This document shows positions 38,607 to 50,797 of a stretch of 64,000 nucleotides of DNA, one piece after another (the stretch's first letter is position 1; every line of letters starts with the position of its first letter). This DNA comes from Malacoraja senta (lineage: Eukaryota), in contig CM075990.1 of assembly GCA_038087875.1 (NCBI GenBank), forward strand, positions 16,742,001-16,806,000, written 5' to 3'. Made by a program: the position numbers and the translations under genes. Under the pieces are notes generated by a model, which did no database searches, was not told the DNA's origin, and worked only from the letters and a program-made list of their open reading frames with translations.

Positions 38607-40492
38607 CATGCTGCCTAGAATTGCCACGGGAGTTCTCGTTGCCAGCTTTGAGACCCAAAAGGCGGGTTCTAATTACTGTCTGCCCAGAACTGCTTTCACA
38701 ACTTGCATTCTCAGCTCCTCCGTAGCCCTGATGCCATTTCAGGCACTTAAAGTGGAAGCAATTTTCCTTGGGCTGCCTCAGCCAAAAAATGTCAGGAGTG
38801 GCATTTAACCAAGTCCAGACTCGGCTTGTTCATTAAGTCACTGTTTCCATGTGGAATTGTTTCTTGCTCCCAAAAGCAGCCTAACAACCTGCGGCTGGAG
38901 AACTATGCACTATAAATTCTCTCTTCATGTATACACTGGTAGTCATGGACGTTACTTCAAAGGCAGCACAATGTTTATTTTTCATTTTGTGAACTTCCCA
39001 CACTGATTTCACGGAATCTTGAAGGATGTTAAATTGAATTCTGCATTAAAACTTGCTTTAAATGCTCACGAGAAATTAAACTCAGGTTGTTTTGACTGGA
39101 AGAGTCAAGGATGAAATTAGTTCTAATGGAAGAGTCAGTCTGGAGCTTGCTCTAGAAATAGTGAGTAGCTTGCTGGCATGGAGGTCAGGTTACTAGACCA
39201 AGAGCCAGATTATTGATCTGGAGATGGGTGCTCAAATCACCTCCACCTAATCCTGTTTTCCTATTCCTATTTCCTGACCACAACCATTATCCGAAGGGAT
39301 ACTACGTTAAGGAGATCATGGATCAACTCTGTGCTTGCATAAACTCCCCATTTGTAGAGTCACTATTAATTTAGACTATGGAGTCAGCGACCTGCAGTTT
39401 GAGAGTGACCTCAATTTCACGAGCATTCACAGTCCTATTTCCCAGTCTAGAGGGTTCTAAATCTAAAGGGCATAGACTTAAGATGAGAGGAGGGGGACAC
39501 TGTGAGAGGAGTCTGTATTTGCAATGAGCTGCCTGAGGGGTTATAGATACAATTACAATTTTTTTAAAAGACTTTTGGATAGATAATATGGACAAGAAGG
39601 ATGTAGAGGACTAGAATGCAGGCAACTGAGACTAGTCCAGAATGCCAGCTTGGTCAGCATCGACAGGGTGGGCTGAAGGGCCTGTTGCTTTGATGTATAG
39701 CTCTACGACTCGATGACACCCGTGGAATTTGTGACTAAATCCTTTGTGTACATTTCAATAATACCACAGATGACAAACCTTCTCGGATAAAGGAATTCTC
39801 ATTTGAAAGCTCGGTTTGAAAGCACCAAAGTGTTGAGATGACGAACGTTCCATACGGGGCATTCTCTCCCTTTCCTCCCACGTTCATAAGATGAGCCGAA
39901 AACGTAGGCACATCCTGATCCCCTTCATCTTCATTCATCTATCGTGTCAAAATTCTTTTTGCCGATTGATTCACCATCAACAGAGGGAAATATGCGAGGA
40001 ATTCCACAATATTACTGAGAATTTCCACAGCACTTAGAGAAGACGACCTGCTGGAGTAAACTGTGTCGGGATAGACCTGGTGTAAGGCAGCATCTTGGGT
40101 TGATGGGATGGAGTGGTAGAGGTGGCGGGAATACTGGAGTTCAAATCTTGGCATCTGGTGACGTGGTTGCTACTGCCAGAATTGCCAAAATCGAGGATGA
40201 ACAGGAGGCCAGATCTAGAGGAACATAGAGGTGTTTATATTCATTACTGAGATCCAGTTGTCCCAGGCAAGGCCTGCATCTCTTTCCCACCCTTCGAGTC
40301 ACACGGCATGGTCCTTTGGCCCAACTCGTCCATACCTATTAAGATGCCCATCTACTCAAGTCGCAATGAACCCATATCCCTCTGAACCTTTCCAATCCAC
40401 GTAACTGTCCAGATATCCCTCAAGTGTTATTATTGAACATGACTCAACAACTTCCTCTGGCAGCTCCTGCCGTGAAGCTCAATGAAGCCCAT

Positions 40493-40627
40493 GGGGTGGG
40501 AGATTGCAACCTTCACCTGGTCCACCCTGTTTCCACGAATGCAATCAACCTGGCGTGCACAAAACAGAAGATCAAACAGAACAAGTTGTCTTACAACTTT
40601 AGGCTGTGCACGCCATTTGCAAGAAGA
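40493..40627 (+). mobile_element. Ribozyme-headed short retroposon family A, copy 4
   Basis: HDV-like fold 40493-40546 (L3 UUCACCU), GAA tail; TSD unclear. Confidence 0.8.
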
Positions 40628-40634
40628 GCCAGCA

Positions 40635-40980
40635 CTCACCTCTGCAAGTGGATTCTCAACTTCCTGACCAACAGACCTCAATCGGTGAGGATAGATGACA
40701 AATCATTCTCGACAACAATCTTCAACCCTGGTGCCCCGGCAAGAATGCATTCTCCGCCTCCTACTCTACTCCTTCGACACTCACGCCTGTGCAGACAAAT
40801 TCCAATCCAACTTTATGTTCAAACTCGCAGACGACACCACCCCAGTGGGCCGGATATCAAATAATGACGAGGCGGAGTACAGGAAGGAGATTGAGAAGCT
40901 TCGAACCTGTTGCCGAGACAACAACCTCTCCCTCAATGCCAGCAAGACAAGGGAGATTGTGATCGACTTCAGGAAACGAT
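40635..40980 (+). mobile_element. Rex1/Babar RT fragment (frameshifted)
   Basis: LCKWILNFLTNRPQSVRI..GAP / KLADDTT..NNDEAEYRKE..NNLSLNASKT.EIVIDFRK. Confidence 0.8.
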
Positions 40981-41021
40981 GGATTAGAGGGTTTTGACCA
41001 AACACAGGCAGGTGGGACTAG

Positions 41022-41675
41022 TGAATGAATGAATGAATGAATGAATGAATGAATGAATGAATGAATGAATAAATGAATGAATGAATGAATGAATGAATGA
41101 ATGAATTAATAAGTTTATTGGCCAAATATTCACATACAAGGAATTTGCCTTGGTGCTCTGCCCGCAAGTGACAACATGACATACAGTGACAGTTAAGAAT
41201 GATACATAAAACATTAAACATTAATAATAAAACATTATCGATTAAACAGGTGAATTGAATAAAATATCAGAGCAAAAGGAGGCTACAGATTTTTGGTTAT
41301 TGAGTAGAGCAACTACTCGTGGGAAAAAGCTGTTTTCATGTCTGGCTGTGGCAGCTTTGACAGTCCGGAGTCGCCTTCCAGAGGGAAGTGATTCAAAGAG
41401 TTTGTGGCCAGGGTGAGAGGGGTCAGAGATGATCTTACCCGCTCGCTTCCTGGCCCTTGCCGTGTACAATTCGTCAATGGAGGGAAGGTTGCAGCCAATA
41501 ACCTTCTCAGCTGATCGAACGATTCGCTGCAGCCTCCGGATGTCGTGCTTGGTGGCTGAGCCAAACCAGACCATGATGGAGAAGGTGAGGACGGACTCTA
41601 CGATGGCCGTGTAGAATTGGACCATCATTGCCTGTGGCAGATTGTGCTTCCTCAGCTGCCGCAGGAAGTACATCC
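41022..41675 (-). mobile_element. Rex1/Babar LINE 3' end with (ATTC)n tail
   Basis: MYFLRQLRK...FYTAIVESVLT..VWFG..DPSHPGH..LPSGRRLR; tail is the (GAAT)n array at 41022-41106. Confidence 0.85.
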
Positions 41676-42287
41676 TCTGTTGTGCATCCTCTGTTGTACA
41701 TCCTCTGTAGATGGGACATTTTGGTCAGCATGGGCAAATTGGGACGAAGGGCCTATTTCCACGCAGTGTGACTCCATGACTCTAAGTTTGTCGCACTTGC
41801 CTGCCTTTGGCCCACATCCCTCTAAACCTTTCCTATCCATGCATCTGTCCAAGTGTCTCTTGACATTCTGCTTAACTGCAAGGTGTTGGTTATACAGGAT
41901 TTGACAAAACCCAAGCTCTAACACCGAGTCAACAAATGCCATTACTGGCCTTTGAATAATACATAAAAACAGATGAAGGCATCTACCTGATTATTGAACC
42001 TTGAAGAGAATGCCCTGAGATGAACTTGAAGTAGTCAGAGCAACTTAATCTGCTGTGAGAATTTGCCTGTTTAATTTTTGATGATGGTTCTTGCAATGTC
42101 TCGTGGAGACAGTCATTGCAATGAACTGCTCTTGCACTAAGTGCACCATCACTTGTCCCCTGGCTCTCTGATTAATGGGTCTCTGCAGGGGCAGCCAGGA
42201 TTTGTGATCTTCTCCAGTTATTTATATGGCTGGCAGCTGTAGCTCCTGATGGAAAAGTGCTGTGCACATCACCACAAGTAAACATGC

Positions 42288-42685
42288 CAGGTCTCCTCCA
42301 TTGTCAGAGTGAGGCTAAACGCAAATTGGAGGAACAGCATCTCATATTTCGCTTGGGCATCTTACAGCCCAGTGGTATCAATGTTGCAGTCAGACACAAA
42401 AAAGCTGGAGTTACTCAGAGGGACAGGCAGCATCTCGGGAGAGAAGGAATGGCTGACGTTTTGGGTCGTGACCTTCAGACATTCTATGTTTTGTATGAAT
42501 ATTGATTTCTCTAACTTCAGGTAGCCCCAGCAATCCCTCTCTCTCCATCCCTCCCCCACCCAAGTCGCACCAAGTTCTCATTTTCACCCACCAAACAGCT
42601 AACAACGGCCTGTTTCCTTTATCATCATTAGTTTTTTTGCATATCTTTCATTCATTGTTCTTTATCTCTCTACATCATCTCTATG
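42288..42685 (+). mobile_element. Penelope-like element: GIY-YIG endonuclease C-terminus and 3' UTR, interrupted by an inverted terminal fragment
   Basis: GLLHCQSEAKRKLEEQHLIFRLGILQPSGIN...MNIDFSNFR. Confidence 0.7.
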
Positions 42686-43222
42686 TGTAGATAGTGAGTG
42701 CATGGGTGATAGCTGGTCGGCGCGGACTCGGTGGGCCGATCCTCTCAATGAAAATGGGAATCCGTCAACAAAAGAAGACACAAAATGCTGGAGTAACTCA
42801 GTGGGTGAGGCAGCATCTTTGGAGAACATGATGTTGTTACCTTGTGCATCTGGACCATTCTTGAGATGATTTCATGTGAGAGGAGGTAAAAGAGAAGTTA
42901 TTCAGGGTGAGGACAGATTCTGCCAGGCAGGTGAATATTCGGAGAGGGAAATTGAATGGCTCTCTGTTTAAGAAAGAAACTAAGATAGACACCAAATGCT
43001 GGAGTACTGTAACTCAGTGGGACAGGCAGCATCTCTGGAGAAAAGGAATAGGTGACGTTTCGGGTCCAGACCCTTCTTCAGACAGGGGAAAGGGAAACAA
43101 GAGATATACAGTTGATGGCGATATAGAGAGATAAGGAACAAATGAATGAAAGATCTGTAAAAAAGTTACAATGATAAAGGGAACAGGCCATTGTTTGTTG
43201 TGGACTTGGTGAAAACGTGTGA

Positions 43223-43453
43223 AGGGCCTGTCCCACTTGGCGATTTTTTTCGGCGACTGCCGGCATCATTGACTGACGTATCAGGTCACCGAAAAATTTG
43301 TGGCGGTGATGACGTATTGACGCGCTGTGTTTTTTTTCAAGTGTCGCAACATTTTATTTGTCGCCGCTGGATTTTGACATGTTCAAAATCTTTTGGCGAC
43401 CCTGATATGACGGCAGCAGTCACCGAAAAAAATTGGCAAGTAGAACAGGCCCT
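43223..43453. mobile_element. PIF/Harbinger-type MITE
   Basis: TIRs AGGGCCTGTCCCACTTGGCG / AAGTAGAACAGGCCCT. Confidence 0.7.
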
Positions 43454-43667
43454 TTAGACTCAACAAGATGGCTTTGAAGCTGGTATAATGACTTGGGTGG
43501 GGGAGGGACAGAGAGAGAGAGAGAATGCATGGGTTATAGAAATCATGGTTCATACCGCTGGGTTGTAAGCTGGCCAAGCGAGACCTTCCTGCTAGGGGCC
43601 GGAGGTGTAAAGAGACTGGACATCCATGGTAAAGATGAGGAAATGGGGACCTAGACATTGATAGTAA

Positions 43668-43804
43668 AGGGCCTGTCCCACTTGGGCGTTATTTGCGCAA
43701 CATTTACGCGACATCATTTACGCATCACGATGCACGATGCGACATCATTTACGCGTCACGCACGCGTCGTGACGCGCAAATGAGGCTCAAGAGGGACAGG
43801 CCCT
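43668..43804. mobile_element. PIF/Harbinger-type MITE (short, CpG-rich)
   Basis: TIRs AGGGCCTGTCCCAC / GGGACAGGCCCT, flanks TAA/TTA. Confidence 0.7.
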
Positions 43805-45499
43805 TTACTGAAGAGTTGAAGGGCGTGTGAGGTGGCTTGGATGTAGTTTTTAACTTGGAAGGTTTGTTGAAAGTTAGTCGCAATAAGTGGGTCACAGAGC
43901 GGTACTGCGAAGCCTCATCACCAGGTCACTCATCCGGAACATTCCAGCAAAAAAACAACTCCAATATCTTGCAGCTGCCTCAGCACCTCATTCTGTCATC
44001 TTGTATCATCATTCTTTACTTCACCAATCTGATATTTTTTGTTTCCTGTTTGTATTTGTGCTTATTTATTAATTTAATTTGGTTTATCATATGTAATCTG
44101 GGTGTCAAGTTTTGCATATACAGACTTGTTATGCTGTTGCAAGTAAAGGGCCTGTTACGCGATTTTTTCTTTGACTTGCCGGCACCCGTCATAGTCGCAG
44201 CAGGTAGCAGGTGGCAGAAAATTTACAACATGTTGAAAATCCAGCGGCGACCAGAAAAAGACAATAGGCAATAGACAATAGACACTAGGTGCAGGAATAG
44301 GCCCTTCGAGCCAGCACCACAATTCAATGTGATCATGGCTGATCATCCCCAATCAGTACCCCGTTCCTGCCTTCTCCCCATATCCCCTGACTCCGCTATC
44401 TTTAAGAGCCCTATCCAGCTCTCTCTTGAAAGCATCGAGTGATGCAGCACAGAAACAGGCCCTTCGGCCCAATTCGTCCATGCCGACAAAGATGCCCCAA
44501 CCCAAGTCAATGCCATGAGCTCGCGTTTGGCCTCTGTCCCTCGAAGCTTTTTCTATCCATGCACCTGTCTTGTACGTATCTTGTAGATGTTGTTAATGAA
44601 CCCGCCTTGACTATACACCTTCCTCCAGTATTGATCACTGGCTTGAAACAGGAGGACCACTTAAATAGAACTTTTTTTTTAAAGAGAAAAGAACAACAGT
44701 TTTGTTTCTTGTAAACCTCAGTAGAGAAATATTTCTGCAGCATTGTTATTTTGCTTTATGAATACACCAGTGGAGAAATTGACAAATTGTTTCATACATT
44801 GGAACAGCTCCAGGCAGCAAAGTGGGAGACGGTTCCAGTTCAGAGGACATGCTTTATTTACTGCTGGGCTTATCACACTTGAAAATGTTCAGGCAACATT
44901 TTGGGGTAGATTTGTTGGCACAATAGAAATGTGCAACGCGTGCCCTTTCTAGGCCATTGACTTGTCTTGTTGGTATGCAAAGCTGGAAAGTTACGCTTAA
45001 GAAAGCCAGCGGTAAATCCAGCTTTGCCTTTGTCACTTGCCTGAGAAATGCGCAGTAACTTCTATCCTGGTTGCCGAGCAAAACCAGCCACCCCCTTCAG
45101 GGATTCAAGGAAGGACATTTCAAAGAAAAGACTGAGAAGGAAAGGGCTTTGTTTTTCAGTGCGTGCCAGGCAACCGCTAGGGAGGGAACGGTGGTGCTAG
45201 TGAAAGATGTGATCTCCCAGCAAAGGACCGTTGGAATTTCTGCTTCATATTGGCCTCAAAACTGCACCATAAATAGTCACGGCTGAACCATTTGACGTTT
45301 CATAAATCATTCTGCATTGATCGCAGATCAATCTGATAGAGAGCGAGCCGTTTAAAGTATATTTTCTTCCCTTCACCGTCCTCTTAATGAGCAGAACTCT
45401 CTCTCACCCCCCCCCCGCAGGCTGTAAACTTGTTGATGCAGTTCACAGGCAAACAGAAAAATGCCATGGCTGTGACCAGTGTTTCCTGGTCCACGCCCA

Positions 45500-45975
45500 A
45501 CGTGGAGAGGGTCCAGAGGAGGTTTACAAGAATGTTTCCAGGAATTAGTGGGTTAGCATATGATGAGCGTTTGACGGCACTGGGCCTGTACTTGCTGGAG
45601 TTTAAAAGGTTGAGGGGAGACCTCATTGAAACTTACAGAATAATGATAGAGTGGATGTGGAGAGGATGTTTCCACTGGTGGGAGAGTCTAGGACCAGAGG
45701 TCATAGCCTCAGAATTAAAGGGCGCTCTTCCACAACAGAGGTGAGGAGGAACTTCTTTAGTCAGAGGGTGGTTAATCTGTGGAACTCATTGCCACAGAGG
45801 GCAGTGGAGGCCGAATCAGTGGATATTTATGGCAGAGATAGACAAATTCTTCATCAGAATAAGTGTCAAGGGTTATGGGGAGAAGGCAGGAAAATGGGAT
45901 TAGGAGGCAGAGATCAGCCATGATTGAATGGCAAAGTTGACTCGATGGGCCGAATGGCCTTATTCTACTCCTATA
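45500..45975 (+). mobile_element. CR1/HER1 LINE 3' end
   Basis: VERVQRRFTRMFPG...RLRGDLIETY...RTRGHSLRIKG..RRNFFSQRVVNLWNSLPQ; GGGCCGAATGGCCT tail. Confidence 0.85.
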
Positions 45976-46767
45976 ATTTGTAAATTTGTGAAATTGGGAT
46001 TGAAACCATTGAAACACGTTTGTCCACTGATGCTGGGACCATGCTAGAGTGCACACTAATTCCATTATACCCCACTTTCTCATTCCTCCCCACAAACGAG
46101 GGTCAATTTCTATAAAGGTGGCCAATTAACCTACAAACCTGCACGTCTTCGGGATGTGGGAGGAAACCGGAGCACCCGGAGAAAACCCACGGGGTCACAA
46201 GGAGAACGTGCAAACTCCTGACAGATAGCACCCGAGGTCAGGATCGAACCTGGGTCTCTGGACTTTGAGAGAGCGGCAGGTGAATCTTTATATCCATCCG
46301 AAAGCATAGGCATTAGCAACATGAATCTTTAATGAATGAGTTGATGAGTACTCTGGCGCTGAGACTCGCGAGTACAGCAGCCCTCGATCACAATGTCAGG
46401 TAGTTATGTTGTCGTAAATTTCAAATCCCTGATCAAGAATTTAACATCGTTGGAGAAGGTAGAAATAATATGATGATGAATGCGTGGCATTTAACTTGAA
46501 ATAAATGGATATCAAATGTCAAACTGCAGCAAATTCATCAGTGTCACGGTTGAACTAAAGCACTCAATCCTCACAATCAATGCCGTGCCACCACCACAAT
46601 CTTGTCGCAATCATTCTGCTATGATTCCACAGCCCTCCGAGGTAGACCTCCAAACATGTACCACCCTCTGCTTGAATAAATTTCCTTTCTCAGTCTGAAA
46701 TGGTCCACCCCTTCCTTATTCAGCGCACCTGAGCAGGTAAACGGCCTCCCTTCATCCATCCATTTAG

Positions 46768-47260
46768 ACTTCAGACTTTAGAGATACAGCATAGAGACTG
46801 GCCCTTCAGCCCACCGAGTCCGTGCTGACCACTGATCACCCCGTACACTAGCACTATCCTACACACACTAGGGACAATTTACAATTTACCGAAGCCAATT
46901 AACCTACAAACCTGTAGGAGGGCACTGCAGATGCTGGTTTAAATCGAAGGTAGACACAAAATGCTGGAGTAACTCAGCGGGACAGGCAGCATCTCTGGAG
47001 AGAAGGAATGGGTGACATTTCGGGTCAAGACCCTTCTTCAGACTGCTGCCAGGGGAGTGGGCGGGACAGAGATAGAATGTAGTCAGAGATAGTAAGACGG
47101 TAAGCCAAACCTGGACATCTTTGGAGTGTGGGAGGAAACCAGAGGACCTGGAGAAAACCCACGTGGCCACAGGGAGAACATACTGACAGCATCAGTAGCC
47201 AGGTTTGAACCCGGGTCTCTGGCATTGTAAGGCAACAACTCTACCACTGAGCCACTGTGA
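46768..47260 (-). mobile_element. HE1-type SINE interrupted by a Penelope fragment (~46915-47102)
   Basis: SINE sequence stops at CAAACCTG and resumes at CAAACCTG after the insert. Confidence 0.7.
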
Positions 47261-47376
47261 TTCCCTGTGGAGACCAGTAAGACTTTGGAAGTTGTAATAT
47301 GATCACACTTTTAGACTTTTGAGAGTCCAGGCCTGACTTACTGAATCTTTCCTGCTATCCACACCAAACCTGGGGG

Positions 47377-47672
47377 GGGCAGCATGGTGGCGCAGCGGTA
47401 GAGTTGCTGCCCTACAGTACCAGAGACCCGGGTCAGATCCTGACTACGGGTGCTTGTCTGTACGGGGTTTATACGTTCTCCCCGTGACCTGCGTGGGTTT
47501 TCCCTAGACTTCCTCCCACACTCCAAAGACATGCAGGTTTGTAGGTTAATTGGCTTTGGTAAAATTATAAGTTGTCCCCAGGGGGTAGGATAATGCTAAT
47601 ATACGCGGTGATCGCTGGTCGGTGCGGATTCGGTGGGCCGAAGGCCTTGTTTCCGCGCTGTATCGCTAAACT
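47377..47672 (+). mobile_element. HE1-type V-SINE
   Basis: Full head-body-tail. Confidence 0.8.
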
Positions 47673-47946
47673 GCTCTCTGTTGAAGAAGTCTCCAAAACA
47701 CTTGCTACATTCACTCTATGGCATGTAAACCTGTCTATGTGGGAGTATATCTGCATTTGTAAACACTGGACAAGACAGAAAGTAAGATCTCCAACCACAG
47801 CTGACAAAGAAATCCTTAGACTCAACTTGGCAACATTCAATTATTTATTGCAATAGATCTTTGGAGGAATTGTAAAATGCTAAGAAGGAGATAATGCATG
47901 TTAATACATTCTGACCCTGAAGTTCAGTCTTGTAAATACACAGTTA

Positions 47947-48173
47947 AGGGTCTGTTCCACTTTCACGACTTAATTCACGACCTTTTTTACTCGTGGACGT
48001 TTTTCATCAGGCTAGAAAAACGCTCCGACCTACTTGATGCCACGAGTACCTACGACTAGCATCACGACCTACCTATGACCTTCTACGACCTCGTGACGAC
48101 CATGCTGCAAGTATGAGTCAAGGGCAAACTCGGCAGAGGTCGTGAATTAGGTCGTGAAATTGGGACAGGCCCT
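47947..48173. mobile_element. PIF/Harbinger-type MITE
   Basis: TIRs with TTA TSD on both sides. Confidence 0.75.
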
Positions 48174-48892
48174 TTAAAGGGATTGTGCAAAATCTTTCAT
48201 CCTAACATTGAGTACCTGCAATGTTTAGTGATTTGATTTGCTCTGTTCGTTGCTTAGGCTAGTTTAACTTGGCATCATGGTCGGCATGGACATTGTGGGC
48301 CGAAGGGCCTGTTCCTGTGCTATACCTTTTTCTAGTGTTAGCGGCGTTAGACAGCATGGAAACAGGCCCTTCAGCCCGACGAGTCCACACCAACCATCAA
48401 TCACGCGCCCACACCTGTTCCATCTTATCCCATGTTCACATCAGCTCCCTGCACACTAGGGGCAAGTTACAGCCCCTAGTGTGCGGCCTGCAAACCTTCA
48501 CATCCTGGAGGTGTGGGAGGAAACCAGAGCACCCGGAGAAATCCTACACCATCATAGGGGGAAGGTGCAAACTCCACACAGACAGCACCTGAGGCCAGGA
48601 TCGAACCTGGTCTCTGATGCTCTGTGGCAGCAGCTCTACCAGCTGCACCACTGTGTTGCCTATGTATTGTACTGTTCTCTGAGTTGTGAGGAAGAGCTGC
48701 ATCCTCCCTCAAACCAACTGCGAGCATTGCCAGTAATGCTGCCGCCTCACAGAGGAAACTAGGGCTGCCTGAGATGAGGAGCAGACGTTTCATTAACATT
48801 GCGCCTGGTGTCGGCCTGGTAATTGTTCAGGGATGCTCCAGAGAAGATTGGAACTGTGTGGGACAGAGATTAGCCAGAGCGTACAGCTTTAA

Positions 48893-49024
<132 letters not shown>

Positions 49025-49354
49025 TGAGTCGGCAACAAGCTCCCTCCAGAAGCATTGTTGCTGATCCAGGATGTGGAACAGCATCCCCCTTCCCATCAGA
49101 ACTGCCCCCTCCATCGACTCCTTTAAGTCAAGACTAAAAACTTATCTATACTCCCAAACCTTTCTTGACATCCTCTGAGTGAGGGCTATATGTATATATG
49201 TATGTAGTTTGTTTGTTTATATTATTCTTATAACAAATGTAAAGCACTTTGGCCAACGAGAGTTGTTTTTTATATGTGCTATATAAATAAATGTGACTTG
49301 ACTTGACTTGACTGATCGAATTGAGCAGCGAACCAAGACTATTCCATGGTGTCA

Positions 49355-49572
49355 GGCACAAAATGCTGGAGTAACTCAGCGGGTCAGGCAGCATCTCTGG
49401 AGAGAAGGAATGGGTGACCTTTTGATTCGAGACTCTTCTTCAAACTAAAGAGGGTCTCAACCCCAAACGTCACCCATTCCTTCTCTCCAGAGATGCTGCC
49501 TGTCCCGCTGAGTTACTCCAGCATTTTGTGTCTATCTTCGTTTTAAACCAGCATCTGCAGTTCCTTCCCACA
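49355..49572. mobile_element. Penelope terminal fragments as an inverted pair
   Basis: Arms are reverse complements joined at the hammerhead core. Confidence 0.65.
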
Positions 49573-50137
49573 CTATTCCATGGTGTTAACAGTTAGTAGA
49601 AGACAAAATCGTTTTTGGCATCATGCTTCAGGATGGATTATAAAACCCAGGCTGAGATTTTTGGGCAAATGCTTTAATGTTTTAGATACTCAGCAGGTAC
49701 ACTCACACCTCAAGGACTGCAACGGTTCAAGTAGGCAGCACAACGCCTCCTTCTCAGGGCAACCAGGGAATGGCAATTAAATGCTGGCTCAGCCCACAAA
49801 GCCCACATCCAGTGGAGATGGAAACAGAGTTCGTGATTCATGTGGATCATTCTTCATCGGAACTGTAATCATCTTATAAGTTGCAGAGAGAGGTACAGGT
49901 GGAGAGAATGTTTGTGACACAGTGGCAGATGTGTCACCAGTTGGCACAGTGGGGCAGCGGTAGAGTTGCTGCCTCATAGCGCCAGAGACCCAGGTTCGAT
50001 CCTGACCACGGGTGCCGTTTGTACGGAGTTTGTACATTCACCCCGTTTTCTCCGGATGCTTCAGTTTCCTCCCACAATCCAAAGACGTACAGGTTTGTAA
50101 CTTAATTGGCTTTGGTAAAAATTGTAAATTGTCCCTA

Positions 50138-50797
50138 GTACCTTGCACATTGCACCTTGCACCTTGCACCTTGTACCTTGTACCTTGTACCTTGTCCCTT
50201 GCACCTTGTACCTTGTACATTGTACATTGTACCTTGTCCCTTGTACCTTGTCCCTTGCACCTTGTACCTTGTACCTTGTCCCTTGCACCTTGTACCTTGT
50301 ACCTTGTACCTTGTACCTTGTCCCTTGCACCTTGTACCTTGTCCCTTGCACCTTGTACCTTGTACATTGTACCTTGTCCCTTGTACCTTGTACCTTGTCC
50401 CTTGCACCTTGTACCTTGTCCCTTGTACCTTGTACCTTGTCCCTTGCACCTTGTACCTTGTACCTTGCACCTTGTACCTTGTCCCTTGCACCTTGTACCT
50501 TGTACCTTGCACCTTGTACCTTGTCCCTTGCACCTTGTACCTTGCACCTTGCACCTTGCACCTTGTCCCTTGTACCTTGTACCTTGCACCTTGTCCCATG
50601 TACCTTGTCCCTTGTACCTTGTACCTTGTACCTTGTGAAGAGTCCACCAGGGACTATACTGGAAGTTGGACAATGTACCTTGCACCTTGTACCTTGTGAA
50701 GAGTCCACCAGGGACTATACTGGAAGTTGGACAATTTACCTTGCACCTTGTACCTTGTGAAGAGTCCACCAGGGACTATACTGGAAGTTGGACAATT
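50138..50797. repeat. 7-mer minisatellite (CCTTG-TA/CA/TC)n followed by three 61-bp units
   Basis: GAAGAGTCCACCAGGGACTATACTGGAAGTTGGACAAT at 50637, 50698 and 50759. Confidence 0.95.

Noticed and set aside
39735..40190. Non-repetitive-looking stretch with two short minus-strand ORFs
   Set aside because: No recognisable domain or splice pattern; left unassigned
50012..50769. Long ORFs in several frames (VPCTL/KVQGTR repeats)
   Set aside because: Translation of a stop-free 7-mer minisatellite
50637..50797. Three regularly spaced direct repeats resembling a CRISPR array
   Set aside because: Spacers are near-identical and satellite-derived; eukaryotic context, no cas genes
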